DNA of 64,000 bases from Gemmatimonadota bacterium (lineage in GTDB: Bacteria; Gemmatimonadota; Gemmatimonadetes; Palauibacterales; Palauibacteraceae), in NCBI GenBank assembly GCA_051004775.1, contig JBPCJZ010000181.1:2391-66390 (forward strand), written 5' to 3'. Below are positions 25,641 through 38,338 of the stretch, one piece after another. Numbering within the stretch: the first letter of the stretch is position 1; every line of letters starts with the position of its first letter. The notes beneath the pieces are model-generated. The model made no database searches and was not told the origin of the DNA. It saw only the letters and a list, made by a program, of their open reading frames with translations. The translations under genes were made by a program, and so were the position numbers.

Positions 25641-26483
25641 TCAGCCGGCGCGGCGGATCGCGTCCGCCATGTCGAGTGCGCGCCGCACGGGGCCCACGTC
25701 GTGGACCCGAAACAGCCGTGCTCCCCGTTCCAGTGCGGCCAAACAAGCCGCGATCGTTCCTTCCACCCTCTGCTCTACCGGTACGTTCAAGATCTTACCG
25801 ATGAATGACTTTCGCGAGGGGCCGACGAGCACCGGATAGCCGAGCGCCATGATGGCGGAGGTTCCCGCCAGCAGCGCGAGGTTGCCCTCCACCGACTTTC
25901 CGAACCCGATTCCGGGGTCGACGACGATCTGGGCCGCCGCGCACCCGGCGTCGCGTGCCCGGCGCGCCCGGGCATCGAGCCAGCCGGCTACCTCGCCGAG
26001 CAAGTCGTCGTACGTGGTGTCCTCCTGCATGCTCCGCGGGTCCCCGCGCATGTGCATCACGACGAGCCCGGCCCCTTCGCGCGCGCAGAGGTCCGCGATA
26101 TCGGGGGAAACCTCGAGTCCGGAGACGTCGTTCACGATCGCGGCGCCCGCCCCCAGCGCGCGCTCGGCGACGTCGCGTTTCGTGGTGTCGATCGAGACGA
26201 CCGCGCCGCGGCGCGCCAGGGGCTCGATCACCGGTGACACCCGGCTCCACTCTTCGTCGGCCGGCACGGGCGGCGCACCGGGACGGGTAGACTCCCCGCC
26301 GACGTCGATGATGTCGGCCCCGGCCGCCAGCATGCGTTCGGCGTGCGAGAGGGCGGCCCCCGGCGCGCGATGCTCGTCGCCGTCGGAGAACGAATCAGGT
26401 GTGACGTTGAGAATCCCGACGACCACCGGCCGGGACAGCGGGACGCTCCCGCCCCGGATCTGCCAGTCGGCGGGGCGGGACAA
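25641..26483 (-). CDS. folP: Dihydropteroate synthase
   Basis: 280 aa, pterin-binding barrel (VGILNVTPDSFSDGD...GADIIDVGGESTRPG). Confidence 0.9.
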   Translation of the reverse strand: MSRPADWQIRGGSVPLSRPVVVGILNVTPDSFSDGDEHRAPGAALSHAERMLAAGADIIDVGGESTRPGAPPVPADEEWSRVSPVIEPLARRGAVVSIDTTKRDVAERALGAGAAIVNDVSGLEVSPDIADLCAREGAGLVVMHMRGDPRSMQEDTTYDDLLGEVAGWLDARARRARDAGCAAAQIVVDPGIGFGKSVEGNLALLAGTSAIMALGYPVLVGPSRKSFIGKILNVPVEQRVEGTIAACLAALERGARLFRVHDVGPVRRALDMADAIRRAG

Positions 26484-26498
26484 GTCCAGGGGCTCCGG

Positions 26499-29837
<3,339 letters not shown>

Positions 29838-29856
29838 CGATATCCGTACTCTTCTA

Positions 29857-30447
29857 TCAGAGAGCCGCCACGAACGGCAGGTGGCGGAAGTCTTCAGCGT
29901 GATCGAGTCCATACCCGACGAGAAACTCCGGCGGCGCGTCGAACCCCGTCCAGCGGGGCTCCAGCGACAGGTCCGGCGCCAGCTGCTTGTGCAGGAGGGC
30001 GCACAGCTCGAGAGACTTCGGAGCCCGGTGCTCCAGGGCCGTCGCGAGACGATTGATGGTGTTGCCGCTGTCGACGATGTCTTCGACCAGCAGAACGTGC
30101 CGACCTGCGATCGGCGCCATCGGGTCGTACAGGAGTTTAACATTTCCGGACGAAGTTGTTCCCGTTCCGTAACTCGACGCGACGATGAAGTCGACGTGGA
30201 GCGGCCGGTTGATCGCGCGCACGAGATCCGCCAGGAAGATGAACGAGCCCTTCAAAAGGCCGAGCACGAGGAGCTCTTCGCCAGCCGGGTAGAACTCCGT
30301 GATCTCCGCCGCCATCTCTTCCACGCGGGCGGCGATCTCCGACTCCGTGTAGACGATACGCGCGGAATCACGGTCGACGGCGTCGGTGAGCCAGTGGCCC
30401 TCGGGCACCGTCTCGACCTCCGTGCGTTGCTTTGCCGCTTCAGCCAT
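29857..30447 (-). CDS. hpt: Hypoxanthine phosphoribosyltransferase
   Basis: 196 aa, PRTase motif VLLVEDIVDSGNT. Conserved tilS-hpt-ftsH arrangement. Confidence 0.9.
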   Translation of the reverse strand: MAEAAKQRTEVETVPEGHWLTDAVDRDSARIVYTESEIAARVEEMAAEITEFYPAGEELLVLGLLKGSFIFLADLVRAINRPLHVDFIVASSYGTGTTSSGNVKLLYDPMAPIAGRHVLLVEDIVDSGNTINRLATALEHRAPKSLELCALLHKQLAPDLSLEPRWTGFDAPPEFLVGYGLDHAEDFRHLPFVAAL

Positions 30448-31711
30448 CCTCGACCTCGATTACGATGTTCGCGTTGTTGGCGTCGTTCGCTTCCGTGACC
30501 CCTGGCCGAGCGTCGCGTGCGATGCGTGGCGCCTTCAGCACGGCGCACAGCACGTTTCCGCGGCAATCCGCCACGACGGGAACGCTGTCGCGATCCCGAG
30601 CATCCACCCGGTCGGCACCGAAGACGCGGCTCAGACGCCGGGTGCCGCCGGGCAGGCGGATCCGGTCGCCGGGAAGTCGTCCACGGACCGTCAGGGGATA
30701 ATGCTCCCCGGGTACATACAGAGCAACGCGCGTGCCAGCCATAGTCGAGGAAGGTTTATGCCCCCAGCGGACGACCCGTTCCCTGCCGCCGAGTTGGATG
30801 CGGCCCGTCCCGGCCGCGGGTCCCGGAATGAGCAGGGGGACATCCGCGGGTGAGCCCGCGCTCGGCGATCTGACCGACCACGTGTCGAAACTCCGCTCGA
30901 TGCGCAGTCCCGCGCCGAGGTCGAGCCCCTGGCCGCTCCGGAGCCGGAGCATCGCCTCGGCGGCGCGGCGGGCGGGTCGACCGCGGAGTCGCACGCCACG
31001 CCGTCGAGCCGCCGCGCGAAGAGCCTCCGCCCTCAGCTCGGCCGGCCACTCGGCCAAATCGCCCATTTCGAAGCTGCGCAGCACGCGTTGGACGACCGGA
31101 CGGGCCGCCGCCTGGACGCCCGCCGCCGCCCGTCCGATCGAGAGGATGAACTCGTCGACGTCGACGTCCATTTCGGCCGCGAGCGCCGGAAGCAGGTCGT
31201 GGCGGACCCTGTTCCGCGCCCAGCGCCGATCCTCGTTCGACGGATCCGCCACGTAGGGAACACCTCGGGTGTCCAGCCACGCGGCCAGCTCAGCCCGCGT
31301 GAAGCCGAGGAGCGGTCGGACCAGGCGGCCGCGCCGAACGGGGATGCCCGCCAGTCCTCGGCTACCCGTGCCCCGGAGAATGCGAAACAGGATCGTTTCC
31401 ACCTGGTCGTCGCGCTGGTGGCCCGTCGCGATGCGCCGCGCTCCCGTCTCGTGCGCCACCGCGCGGAGCCAGGCATAGCGCGCGCTCCGCAGTGCTTCAT
31501 GGGTAGGAGGGATCCGTTCGCGGGATCTTCCGGAGCGCCATTCGACGCCTAGCGGCGCGACGCGCTCCCGAAGGGCTTCCGCGCGGTCCCGCCCGCCCGG
31601 GCGAAGTCCGTGATCGAAGTGAGCCGCTACGAGCCGCCACGCGTGTCCGGCGGACAGCTCGTGCAGGAGTCCGAGGAGCGCAGACGAATCGGGGCCGCCC
31701 GAGATTGCCAC
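30440..31711 (-). CDS. tilS: tRNA(Ile)-lysidine synthetase TilS (start uncertain)
   Basis: PP-loop SGGPDS immediately at the annotated GTG start (VAISGGPDSS). The conserved upstream strand ...RPILVAISGG is encoded in frame but has no ATG/GTG/TTG for 100 codons. Confidence 0.8.
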   Translation of the reverse strand: MAISGGPDSSALLGLLHELSAGHAWRLVAAHFDHGLRPGGRDRAEALRERVAPLGVEWRSGRSRERIPPTHEALRSARYAWLRAVAHETGARRIATGHQRDDQVETILFRILRGTGSRGLAGIPVRRGRLVRPLLGFTRAELAAWLDTRGVPYVADPSNEDRRWARNRVRHDLLPALAAEMDVDVDEFILSIGRAAAGVQAAARPVVQRVLRSFEMGDLAEWPAELRAEALRAAARRRGVRLRGRPARRAAEAMLRLRSGQGLDLGAGLRIERSFDTWSVRSPSAGSPADVPLLIPGPAAGTGRIQLGGRERVVRWGHKPSSTMAGTRVALYVPGEHYPLTVRGRLPGDRIRLPGGTRRLSRVFGADRVDARDRDSVPVVADCRGNVLCAVLKAPRIARDARPGVTEANDANNANIVIEVEDG

Positions 31712-31796
31712 GAGGATCGGCCGTCCCGGCGGCAGCAGGCGCGGCTGCGCCTGGAGTTGCGCGGCGAGCCGACCGGCGAGCGATGCGGACCGAGGG

Positions 31797-32159
31797 TCAG
31801 ATTCCTGGCCGGCCGCCGCCGTCGGATCCCCCGCCCGGGAGCTGATTGCGCCACGTGCCCGCGTTGCGGTAGTAGTCGAGCTTCTCCGGCACGCCCACTC
31901 CGTAGGAAGGGCCCCCCGGTTCGACCGCTTCCGTATGAGGGGAAACGGCCTCGCGGGAGGCCGTCTGCCCCCGGGAGGCCATCCGCCGCTTCTCGTCGAG
32001 TGTGAGAGCGCGGTTGCGGCCCGCCACGTACACGTCGAACGCCGCGCGCCAGTCAGCGCGGGCCGGCAGCGGCCGCATTCCGTGCGGGCCCTCCGGGTCC
32101 GGCGCGCCGATCGGTTCGGCGGGCCCTTTGCCGATCGGTTTGCCCATGGGCTCGCTCAT
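31797..32159 (-). CDS. Hypothetical Gly/Pro-rich ORF between frr and tilS (possibly non-coding)
   Basis: 120-aa ORF with low complexity. It overlaps the frr stop. No family resemblance. Confidence 0.2.
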   Translation of the reverse strand: MSEPMGKPIGKGPAEPIGAPDPEGPHGMRPLPARADWRAAFDVYVAGRNRALTLDEKRRMASRGQTASREAVSPHTEAVEPGGPSYGVGVPEKLDYYRNAGTWRNQLPGGGSDGGGRPGI

Positions 32160-32713
32160 ACCGCCATCACCTCGGTTTCCTTCTTCGCGAGCAGCTCGTC
32201 GAGCCGCCCGATGTGCCCGTCCGTCAGCTTCTGGAGTTCGTCGAGCGCGCGGTGCATCTCGTCCTCGCCGACTTCCCCATCCTTCTTCAGCTGCTCGATT
32301 TCGGACTTCGCCTTCTGGCGCGTTTGCCGGACCGCGATCCGCCCCTCCTCGGCCATCCGGTGGAGGAGCTTGACCATCTCCTTGCGCCGTTCCTCGGTCA
32401 GGGGCGGAATCGCGACACGGATCAGGTTGCCGTCAACGCTCGGATTGAGCCCCAGGTCAGCCGACTGGATGCCCTTGGCGACCGCGTTCACGAGCGACGT
32501 GTCCCACGGCTGCACGATGAGCATCGCGGGCTCGGGGGCCGTCACCGTCGCCGTCTGCTTCAGCGGCATCATCGAACCGTACGCCGGCACCTGAACCGAA
32601 TCGAGAAAGGCAGGGCTCGCCTTGCCCGTGCGTACGCTGGCGAACTCGCGGCCGACGGCCTCGAGGTTCTTGTCCATCTGGCCAGAAGCTTCCTTGAGCT
32701 TCTCTCGTGTCAT
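32156..32713 (-). CDS. frr: Ribosome recycling factor
   Basis: 185 aa, full-length match to Frr (MTREKLKEASGQMDKNLEAVGREFASVRTGKASPAFLD...). Confidence 0.93.
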   Translation of the reverse strand: MTREKLKEASGQMDKNLEAVGREFASVRTGKASPAFLDSVQVPAYGSMMPLKQTATVTAPEPAMLIVQPWDTSLVNAVAKGIQSADLGLNPSVDGNLIRVAIPPLTEERRKEMVKLLHRMAEEGRIAVRQTRQKAKSEIEQLKKDGEVGEDEMHRALDELQKLTDGHIGRLDELLAKKETEVMAV

Positions 32714-32723
32714 CGTCTGCCTC

Positions 32724-33437
32724 TCAGGTTACGAGCGTTCCGATCCGCTGGCCGCGCAACGCCGCCAGGATCGCGCCCTGTTCCCGGATGTTCAATACCA
32801 TGACCGGAAGATTGTTCTCGCGGCACAGCGCGATCGCTGCCGTGTCCATCACCTTGAGCTCGCGGTTGAGCACGTCCCGGTAGGTGAGATCCGTGAGGAG
32901 CTCCGCTTCCGGATCCAGCTCCGGGTCGGCCGAGTACACGCCGTCGACTTTGGTCGCCTTGAGGATGACGTCGGCGTCCATCTCAATCGCTCGGAGCACG
33001 GCGGCCGTGTCCGTCGAAAAATAGGGATTGCCGGTTCCGCCCGCGAAGAGGACGACGCGGCCCTTCTCGAGGTGCCGCAACGCGCGGCGGCGTATGTAAG
33101 GCTCCGCGAGCTGTTCCATCCGGATCGCGGTCATGACGCGCGTCACGACCCCGGAGCGCTCCAGCGCGTCCTGCAGGGCGAGCGCGTTGATCACCGTAGC
33201 CAGCATGCCCATGTAGTCGGCCGAGACCCGGTCCATTCCCTGCCGGCTGGCGACAGTTCCACGCACGATGTTGCCGCCGCCGACGACCAGGCCGAGCACC
33301 ACGCCGGCGGCATGGACTTCGCCGATCTCTTCCGTCAGGGTCTTCACCACGCTCGGCGAGATGCCGAACCCCTGCTCTCCGGCGAGCGATTCGCCGGAGA
33401 GCTTCACCAGGGCCCTGGGATATTTCAGGTCCGTCAT
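32724..33437 (-). CDS. pyrH: Uridylate kinase
   Basis: 237 aa, KLSGESLAG...GGGNIVRG amino-acid kinase fold. The tsf-pyrH-frr order is conserved. Confidence 0.93.
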   Translation of the reverse strand: MTDLKYPRALVKLSGESLAGEQGFGISPSVVKTLTEEIGEVHAAGVVLGLVVGGGNIVRGTVASRQGMDRVSADYMGMLATVINALALQDALERSGVVTRVMTAIRMEQLAEPYIRRRALRHLEKGRVVLFAGGTGNPYFSTDTAAVLRAIEMDADVILKATKVDGVYSADPELDPEAELLTDLTYRDVLNRELKVMDTAAIALCRENNLPVMVLNIREQGAILAALRGQRIGTLVT

Positions 33438-33478
33438 TCGAATCCTTCGTCCCGCCGGCGACTCCGCCAGCGTTCAGG

Positions 33479-34336
33479 TCAATCCCCGATCTGGAAACGG
33501 ACGAACCGGCGCACCGTGAGGCTCTCGGCCTCCGAGCTCAGGCGCTCCTGGATCGTCATGTCCGGATCCTTCACGAATCCCTGGAGCAGCAACGCGCTCT
33601 GCTCGTAGAACTTCCGCATCCGGCCCTCCACGATCTTCTCCACGATCGCCTCGGGCTTACCCTCTTCGCGCGCCTGCTCCATGAGCAGGTTTCGCTCACG
33701 CTCGCGCTCGGCCGCCGGGATGTCGTCGGCCGACACGCCCACCGGATTCGCAGCGGCGATGTGCATCGCGACGTCGCGCGCCGCCTCGTCGTGACCCGAG
33801 CCCCCGGCGAGTTCGACGATCACGCCGATCTTGCTGCCGAAATGAACGTAGGTCTCCGTCGTGGCCTCCGCCGCCGGCTCCAGCCGCACGGCCTGGTAGA
33901 TCGTGATGTTCTCCCCGATCCGTGCACGCAGGTCCGTGAGCTCCGTCTCGAACGCCGCGAACTCCGGCCGCTCGAGCAACTGCTCGCCGGTCAGAACCTC
34001 GCCGTCGGGCAGGTCCGCGCCCAGGATCGCCTCTCCGACCCGTCGGGTGAAGTCCTTGAACTCGTCGTTGCGCGCAACGAAATCGGTCTCGCTGGAGACC
34101 GCCACCATCGCGTATGCGCCGGCCTGGCCGTCGATGTGGACCACACCCTCGGAGGTGGCGCGCCCGGCTCGCTTGGCCGCCTTTGCCGCGCCCCACTTCC
34201 GCAACAGGTCGATCGCCTGCTCTTCGTCGCCCCCGACCTCCAGGAGCGCCTTCTTGCAGTCCATCATCCCGGCCCCGGTACGGTCCCGCAGCGACTTCAC
34301 GGATTGCGCCTTGATCGTCGACATCTCGCTTCTCAC
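33479..34336 (-). CDS. tsf: Elongation factor Ts
   Basis: 285 aa. N-terminal UBA-like VKSLRDRTGAGMMDCKKAL. Dimerisation core. Confidence 0.92.
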   Translation of the reverse strand: MRSEMSTIKAQSVKSLRDRTGAGMMDCKKALLEVGGDEEQAIDLLRKWGAAKAAKRAGRATSEGVVHIDGQAGAYAMVAVSSETDFVARNDEFKDFTRRVGEAILGADLPDGEVLTGEQLLERPEFAAFETELTDLRARIGENITIYQAVRLEPAAEATTETYVHFGSKIGVIVELAGGSGHDEAARDVAMHIAAANPVGVSADDIPAAERERERNLLMEQAREEGKPEAIVEKIVEGRMRKFYEQSALLLQGFVKDPDMTIQERLSSEAESLTVRRFVRFQIGD

Positions 34337-34385
34337 TTTCCTGAATCGAAAGACCTCGGGTCCCCCGCTCTACTGGTCAATACTC

Positions 34386-34412
34386 AAAAAAAAGGCCACC
34401 CAGGGGGTGGCC
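34386..34412 (-). terminator. Intergenic rho-independent terminator/attenuator between rpsB and tsf
   Basis: Gene-strand GGCCACCCCCTGGGTGGCC hairpin immediately followed by TTTTTTTT. Confidence 0.75.
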
Positions 34413-34429
34413 CACCGTCGATCCCGAGC

Positions 34430-35521
34430 TCAGGGTGAGCCGTCTTCTTCCCTGGTCTCGTCGGGATCGCCGTCGCCCCCGTCTCCATCCGCAGTAACAC
34501 CTGCGGGTTCCGGGTCCGGCTTTTTCTCCACCTCCGGCTTTTTCTCCGCCTTCGGCTTTTTCTCCGCCTTCGGCTTCGCGGCCTCCGGCGCCGGGCGGCT
34601 CGCCCCGGCCGCCTCGGCCGCCTCGGCCTCGACGCCACCGTCGGCATCTTCCGATTCCGCGTCCTGCGCGGGATCGCCCGCTTCGTCGTCCGTCGCGTGG
34701 CGACGGCGGCGAATCAGGTCCGGTCTCGGACGCCGCTTCGGACGCTTCTTACGCGAACCGGCCGCCGCGTCGGACTCGCCGACGTCGGACGAATACGTGT
34801 ACGCGCCCTGCTCCCCCGCGCCTTCCTTGGCGTCGGGCCGTTCGCGCCGCGCGCGCTCGATCTCGTCGGCGATGACGCCGGTGATCAACTGCACGGAGCG
34901 GATCGCGTCGTCGTTGCCCGCGATCGGGATCGTCAAATAGTCAGGATCCGCGTTGGTGTCCGCGATCGCGACCACGGGGATGTTCAGCCGGTTGGCCTCC
35001 TTCACCGCGATCTCTTCCTTCTTCGCGTCGACCACGAACACGAGGCTCGGCAGTCGGCCCATGTCCTTGATTCCGGACAGGTACCGGTCGAGCTTCGTCC
35101 GCTCGCGGTCCATCAACAGCTTTTCCTTCTTGGTATAGAACTCGAACGCGTTCTCTTCCATCCCGCGCTCGAGCTCCTTCAGGCGCCGGATGTTCTTCTT
35201 GATCGTCTGGAAGTTGGTCAGCATGCCGCCGAGCCAGCGCTCCGTAACATAGTGCGAGCCGCAGCGCTCCGCCTCCGTCCGGACGACGTCCGACAGCTGG
35301 GGCTTGGTGCAGACGAACAGAACGCTACCGCCACCCTGGACGACCGAGTGAACGAGGTCCCGCGCGTTGTTGAGCTCGCGAAGCGTCTTCTTCAGGTCGA
35401 TCAGGTAGATCCCACCGCGCTCGGCGAAGATGTACTTGCGCATCTTCGGGTTCCACCGATGCGTCTGGTGACCGAAGTGCACGCCCGCCTGTAGAAGATC
35501 TTTCAGTCCGACGTCAGCCAT
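34430..35521 (-). CDS. rpsB: 30S ribosomal protein S2 with about 110-aa acidic/Lys-Pro-repeat C-terminal extension
   Basis: Conserved S2 core over about 250 aa. The tail contains ...KPKAEKKPKAEKKPEVEKKPDPEP... repeats, with matching DNA tandem repeats near 34520-34575. Confidence 0.9.
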   Translation of the reverse strand: MADVGLKDLLQAGVHFGHQTHRWNPKMRKYIFAERGGIYLIDLKKTLRELNNARDLVHSVVQGGGSVLFVCTKPQLSDVVRTEAERCGSHYVTERWLGGMLTNFQTIKKNIRRLKELERGMEENAFEFYTKKEKLLMDRERTKLDRYLSGIKDMGRLPSLVFVVDAKKEEIAVKEANRLNIPVVAIADTNADPDYLTIPIAGNDDAIRSVQLITGVIADEIERARRERPDAKEGAGEQGAYTYSSDVGESDAAAGSRKKRPKRRPRPDLIRRRRHATDDEAGDPAQDAESEDADGGVEAEAAEAAGASRPAPEAAKPKAEKKPKAEKKPEVEKKPDPEPAGVTADGDGGDGDPDETREEDGSP

Positions 35522-35557
35522 GAGGTTCCGTACAGTGATCGTGAAACAGGTCCGGGA

Positions 35558-35953
35558 TCAACGCTTCGAGAACTGGAAGCGCTTTCTGGCCTTGGGCCGC
35601 CCCGGCTTCTTGCGTTCGACGACGCGCGCGTCGCGCGTCAGGAGCCCCTGAGCACGCATTGGGCCACGCATCTCTTCGTCTTCCACCACCATCGCACGGG
35701 CGATGGCGAGCTGGATCGCGCCGGCCTGCCCGCTGAGGCCGCCGCCGCGCACGCGCGCGTAGACCGCATAGCGGCTCCCGGCCTCGGTCACGGTGAACGG
35801 CCGCTGCACGGCCTCCTGGTGACGGATCTGGGGAAAGAAATCTTCGAGCGACCGCCCGTTGATCTCCCATTCCCCGCCGCCCGGGCGAAGGTATACCCGC
35901 GCCGTGGCCGCCTTCCGTCGTCCAACCGCCTGTGCCAGTGTCTGATCCGCCAA
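35558..35953 (-). CDS. rpsI: 30S ribosomal protein S9
   Basis: 131 aa ending ...GRPKARKRFQFSKR. Confidence 0.93.
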   Translation of the reverse strand: MADQTLAQAVGRRKAATARVYLRPGGGEWEINGRSLEDFFPQIRHQEAVQRPFTVTEAGSRYAVYARVRGGGLSGQAGAIQLAIARAMVVEDEEMRGPMRAQGLLTRDARVVERKKPGRPKARKRFQFSKR

Positions 35954-35988
35954 GCTACGTCCTCCGTGAGATTCCGTTCAGGGTTCTG

Positions 35989-36417
35989 CTACAGTTCGAT
36001 GGTTCGCGGCTGCTGCGGGCCATGCGGATGATCATCCCCCGCGTAGACCCGGAGCTTGCCGAGCATCTGGCGTCCGAGAGCGTTCTTGGGAAGCATTCCC
36101 TTAACCGCGAGCTCGATCACCCGCTCGGGGCGCTTCGCCAGCATCGTCTTGAACGGGATGAACCGCTCGCCCCCCATGTATCCGCTGTGGCGGAAGTATT
36201 CCTTCTGATCGGCCTTGCGTCCGGTGAGCCGCACCTGCTGCGCGTTCAGCACGATGACGTAGTCGCCCACGTCCATGTGCGTGCTGAAGGTCGGCTTGTG
36301 CTTGCCGCGCAGGACGCTCGCGACGCGCGTGGCCAGACGACCGAGGATCTGGTCCTTCGCGTCGATGACGAGCCACTCGCGTTCGATTTCGCCGGCTTTG
36401 ACTGTATACGTCTGCAT
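35989..36417 (-). CDS. rplM: 50S ribosomal protein L13
   Basis: 142 aa, [30 protein letters not shown]... Confidence 0.93.
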   Translation of the reverse strand: MQTYTVKAGEIEREWLVIDAKDQILGRLATRVASVLRGKHKPTFSTHMDVGDYVIVLNAQQVRLTGRKADQKEYFRHSGYMGGERFIPFKTMLAKRPERVIELAVKGMLPKNALGRQMLGKLRVYAGDDHPHGPQQPRTIEL

Positions 36418-36527
36418 CGCGATGCCTGCTGAATGTGCCCCGGTTCGCGTCGTTCGAGAACTGGGGAGAAAAAGCGAGCCGCCCCGCGCTCGTCGGGACG
36501 GCCGATATCATTTTACCCGCAGCCAAG

Positions 36528-36558
36528 CAAGCTACGCCGCGGATATGGGCGTGTCAAG
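36528..36558 (-). promoter_or_regulatory. Candidate sigma-70 promoter for rplM-rpsI (TTGACA-N17-TAGCTT) with about 110-nt leader
   Basis: Gene strand reads cTTGACAcgcccatatccgcggcgTAGCTTgc. Perfect -35, 17-bp spacer, TAnnnT -10. Confidence 0.45.
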
Positions 36559-36597
36559 CAGTCGCGAAGGCCCGTGGAACGGGCGCGGAGGGCTGGT

Positions 36598-37458
36598 TCA
36601 AGGGATGCGGAACGCTCTCAGTTCGCGCCCCTCGGCGCCGAGGCGGAGGCGCTTCAGCGCCCGTTCGCGGATCATGCCCGCCCGTTCCCGGCTAACGCCC
36701 AGCCGGGTGCCGATCTCCGACAGCGTCGCGGGCTCGCACCCCTCGAGGCCATAGTAGGCGCGCACGACACCGGCCTCACGCTCCGGCAGGCGGCCGAGCC
36801 CGTCGCGCAGGGCGGTCTCGAGCGCGCCTCGATCCACCCGGAGCTGGGGATCGCTGGCTTCGTCGGGCAGGAGGTCGAGAAGCGAGGCGTCTCCGGCTCC
36901 CCCGAGGGGCGCGTCGAGTGAGACGTAGGAGCGCCGGGTGTCGAGCGCCTCGCGAACCTGCTCTTCGGTGAGGTCGAGTTCGGCCGCGATGTCCCCCGGG
37001 CTCGCGGATCTTCCGAGCCGCTGTCGGAGAACCCTCGCCGTACGTGCTACGACGCGCGCCCTCTCGATCCGGCCGGCCGGCACGCGGACGATCCTCGTCT
37101 CGCGGGCGAGCGCGCCGAGGACCGATTGGCGGATCCACCAGACCGCGTAGGAAACGAACCGGACGCCACGCGTCTCGTCGAAGCGCCGCGCGGCCTCTAT
37201 CAGGCCCAGGTTTCCTTCGTTGATCAACTCGTCGAGCGGGATGCCCCGGTGGGCGTAGCGCCGCGCGACGGTCACGACGAACCGCAGGTTGGCTCCGACC
37301 AGGCGATCGAGCGCCTCGCGGTCACCCTCGCGGATCCGGGCGGCGAGTTCGCACTCCTCGTCGCGAGACAGCAGCGGATGCTGCCGGATCTCGCCGAGGT
37401 AGCGGTCGAGGGCGCCTCCCGAGTCGGTCAACGGATGGGGTCCAGCAGCCGCGCCCAC
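36598..37458 (-). CDS. RNA polymerase sigma factor, sigma-70 family (regions 2-4 only; group 2/3-like)
   Basis: LDELINEGNLGLIEAARRFDETRGVRFVSYAVWWIRQSV (region 2.2-2.4), then regions 3 and 4.2 HTH (TLSEIGTRLGVSRERAGMIRERALKRLR). The exact start is uncertain (it overlaps the lepB 3' end). Confidence 0.8.
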   Translation of the reverse strand: MGAAAGPHPLTDSGGALDRYLGEIRQHPLLSRDEECELAARIREGDREALDRLVGANLRFVVTVARRYAHRGIPLDELINEGNLGLIEAARRFDETRGVRFVSYAVWWIRQSVLGALARETRIVRVPAGRIERARVVARTARVLRQRLGRSASPGDIAAELDLTEEQVREALDTRRSYVSLDAPLGGAGDASLLDLLPDEASDPQLRVDRGALETALRDGLGRLPEREAGVVRAYYGLEGCEPATLSEIGTRLGVSRERAGMIRERALKRLRLGAEGRELRAFRIP

Positions 37459-38261
37459 CGGATCTCGGTGAGCCAGGGGAACGGAACCAGCTTATTGCGA
37501 TCGTACGAGAAATAGATGATCAGCGGGCGGCCCTTGACCGCCTCCCTCGGCACGAACCCCCAGTAGCGGGAATCCTCGGAGTTGTCACGATTGTCGCCCA
37601 TGACGAAGTAGCTGTCGGGCGGAACGGTGATCGGCCCCCAGTTGTCGCGGGTGGGTCGGTACTCCTCCACGCGGCGGCCGTTCTCGACGAGGTGAGCGCG
37701 CTGCCAGTCGAACTGCGGGCTGCGCGGATCTTCGAAAGGGCGTGAATGTTTCGCATACGGCTCGATGACCTCGCCACCGTTCCGGTACAGTACCCCGTCC
37801 ACCATTTGCAGCGTGTCGGTGGGCAGCCCCACGATCCGCTTCACGTAATTCGTGTGCGCGGCCTGGCGGGCGCGCGGCGGCGGCTCGAACACCGCGACGT
37901 CGCCGCGTTCCGGCGGATCGAGCGCGGGCAGCCGAACGGCCGTTCCGGGGATCTCGGCACCATACACCATCTTGTTGACGAGGAGGAAATCGCCCACGAG
38001 CAGCGTGTTCTCCATCGATCCCGTCGGGATCTGGAACGCCTCGACGACGAAGCTCCGGACCAGCAGGAAAAGGGCGAACGCCACGGCGATCGACTTCGTC
38101 CACTCCCACATCCATCGCCCGACGGATCCATCCGACGGAGAGAGCGCGCGCTTCGTGGGTGTCACGGTCGTCTCGTCCCTCGCAGATTCGTTCGGCATCT
38201 TCTCCGTCTTCTCGTTCGTCATTTCATCGGTCTCGGTTCGCCACTTCCCCGGTGAGTCCAT
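37428..38261 (-). CDS. lepB: Signal peptidase I
   Basis: TM then PTGSMENTL (Ser box) ... KRIVGLPTD ... GDNRDNSEDSRYWG (boxes D/E). Confidence 0.88.
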   Translation of the reverse strand: MDSPGKWRTETDEMTNEKTEKMPNESARDETTVTPTKRALSPSDGSVGRWMWEWTKSIAVAFALFLLVRSFVVEAFQIPTGSMENTLLVGDFLLVNKMVYGAEIPGTAVRLPALDPPERGDVAVFEPPPRARQAAHTNYVKRIVGLPTDTLQMVDGVLYRNGGEVIEPYAKHSRPFEDPRSPQFDWQRAHLVENGRRVEEYRPTRDNWGPITVPPDSYFVMGDNRDNSEDSRYWGFVPREAVKGRPLIIYFSYDRNKLVPFPWLTEIRWARLLDPIR

Positions 38262-38338
38262 CGAGGCAGATCCATACCCATCGCTCGCCGGCGGCGTTCC
38301 CGGGGACCGACAGTGTGGCCGCGTCGTTCAACGGAGCG

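Noticed and set aside
29838-30143. 102-aa N-terminal extension of the ftsH track ORF (MLNSCTTRWRR...)
   Set aside because: It overlaps hpt in another frame and has no FtsH similarity. FtsH begins at MNQNEEKRPN, just after the hpt stop.
31797-32159. 120-aa ORF between frr and tilS as a real gene
   Set aside because: Gly/Pro-rich and low complexity. It overlaps frr and the tilS leader. It is most likely an artefact, kept only at 0.2 confidence.
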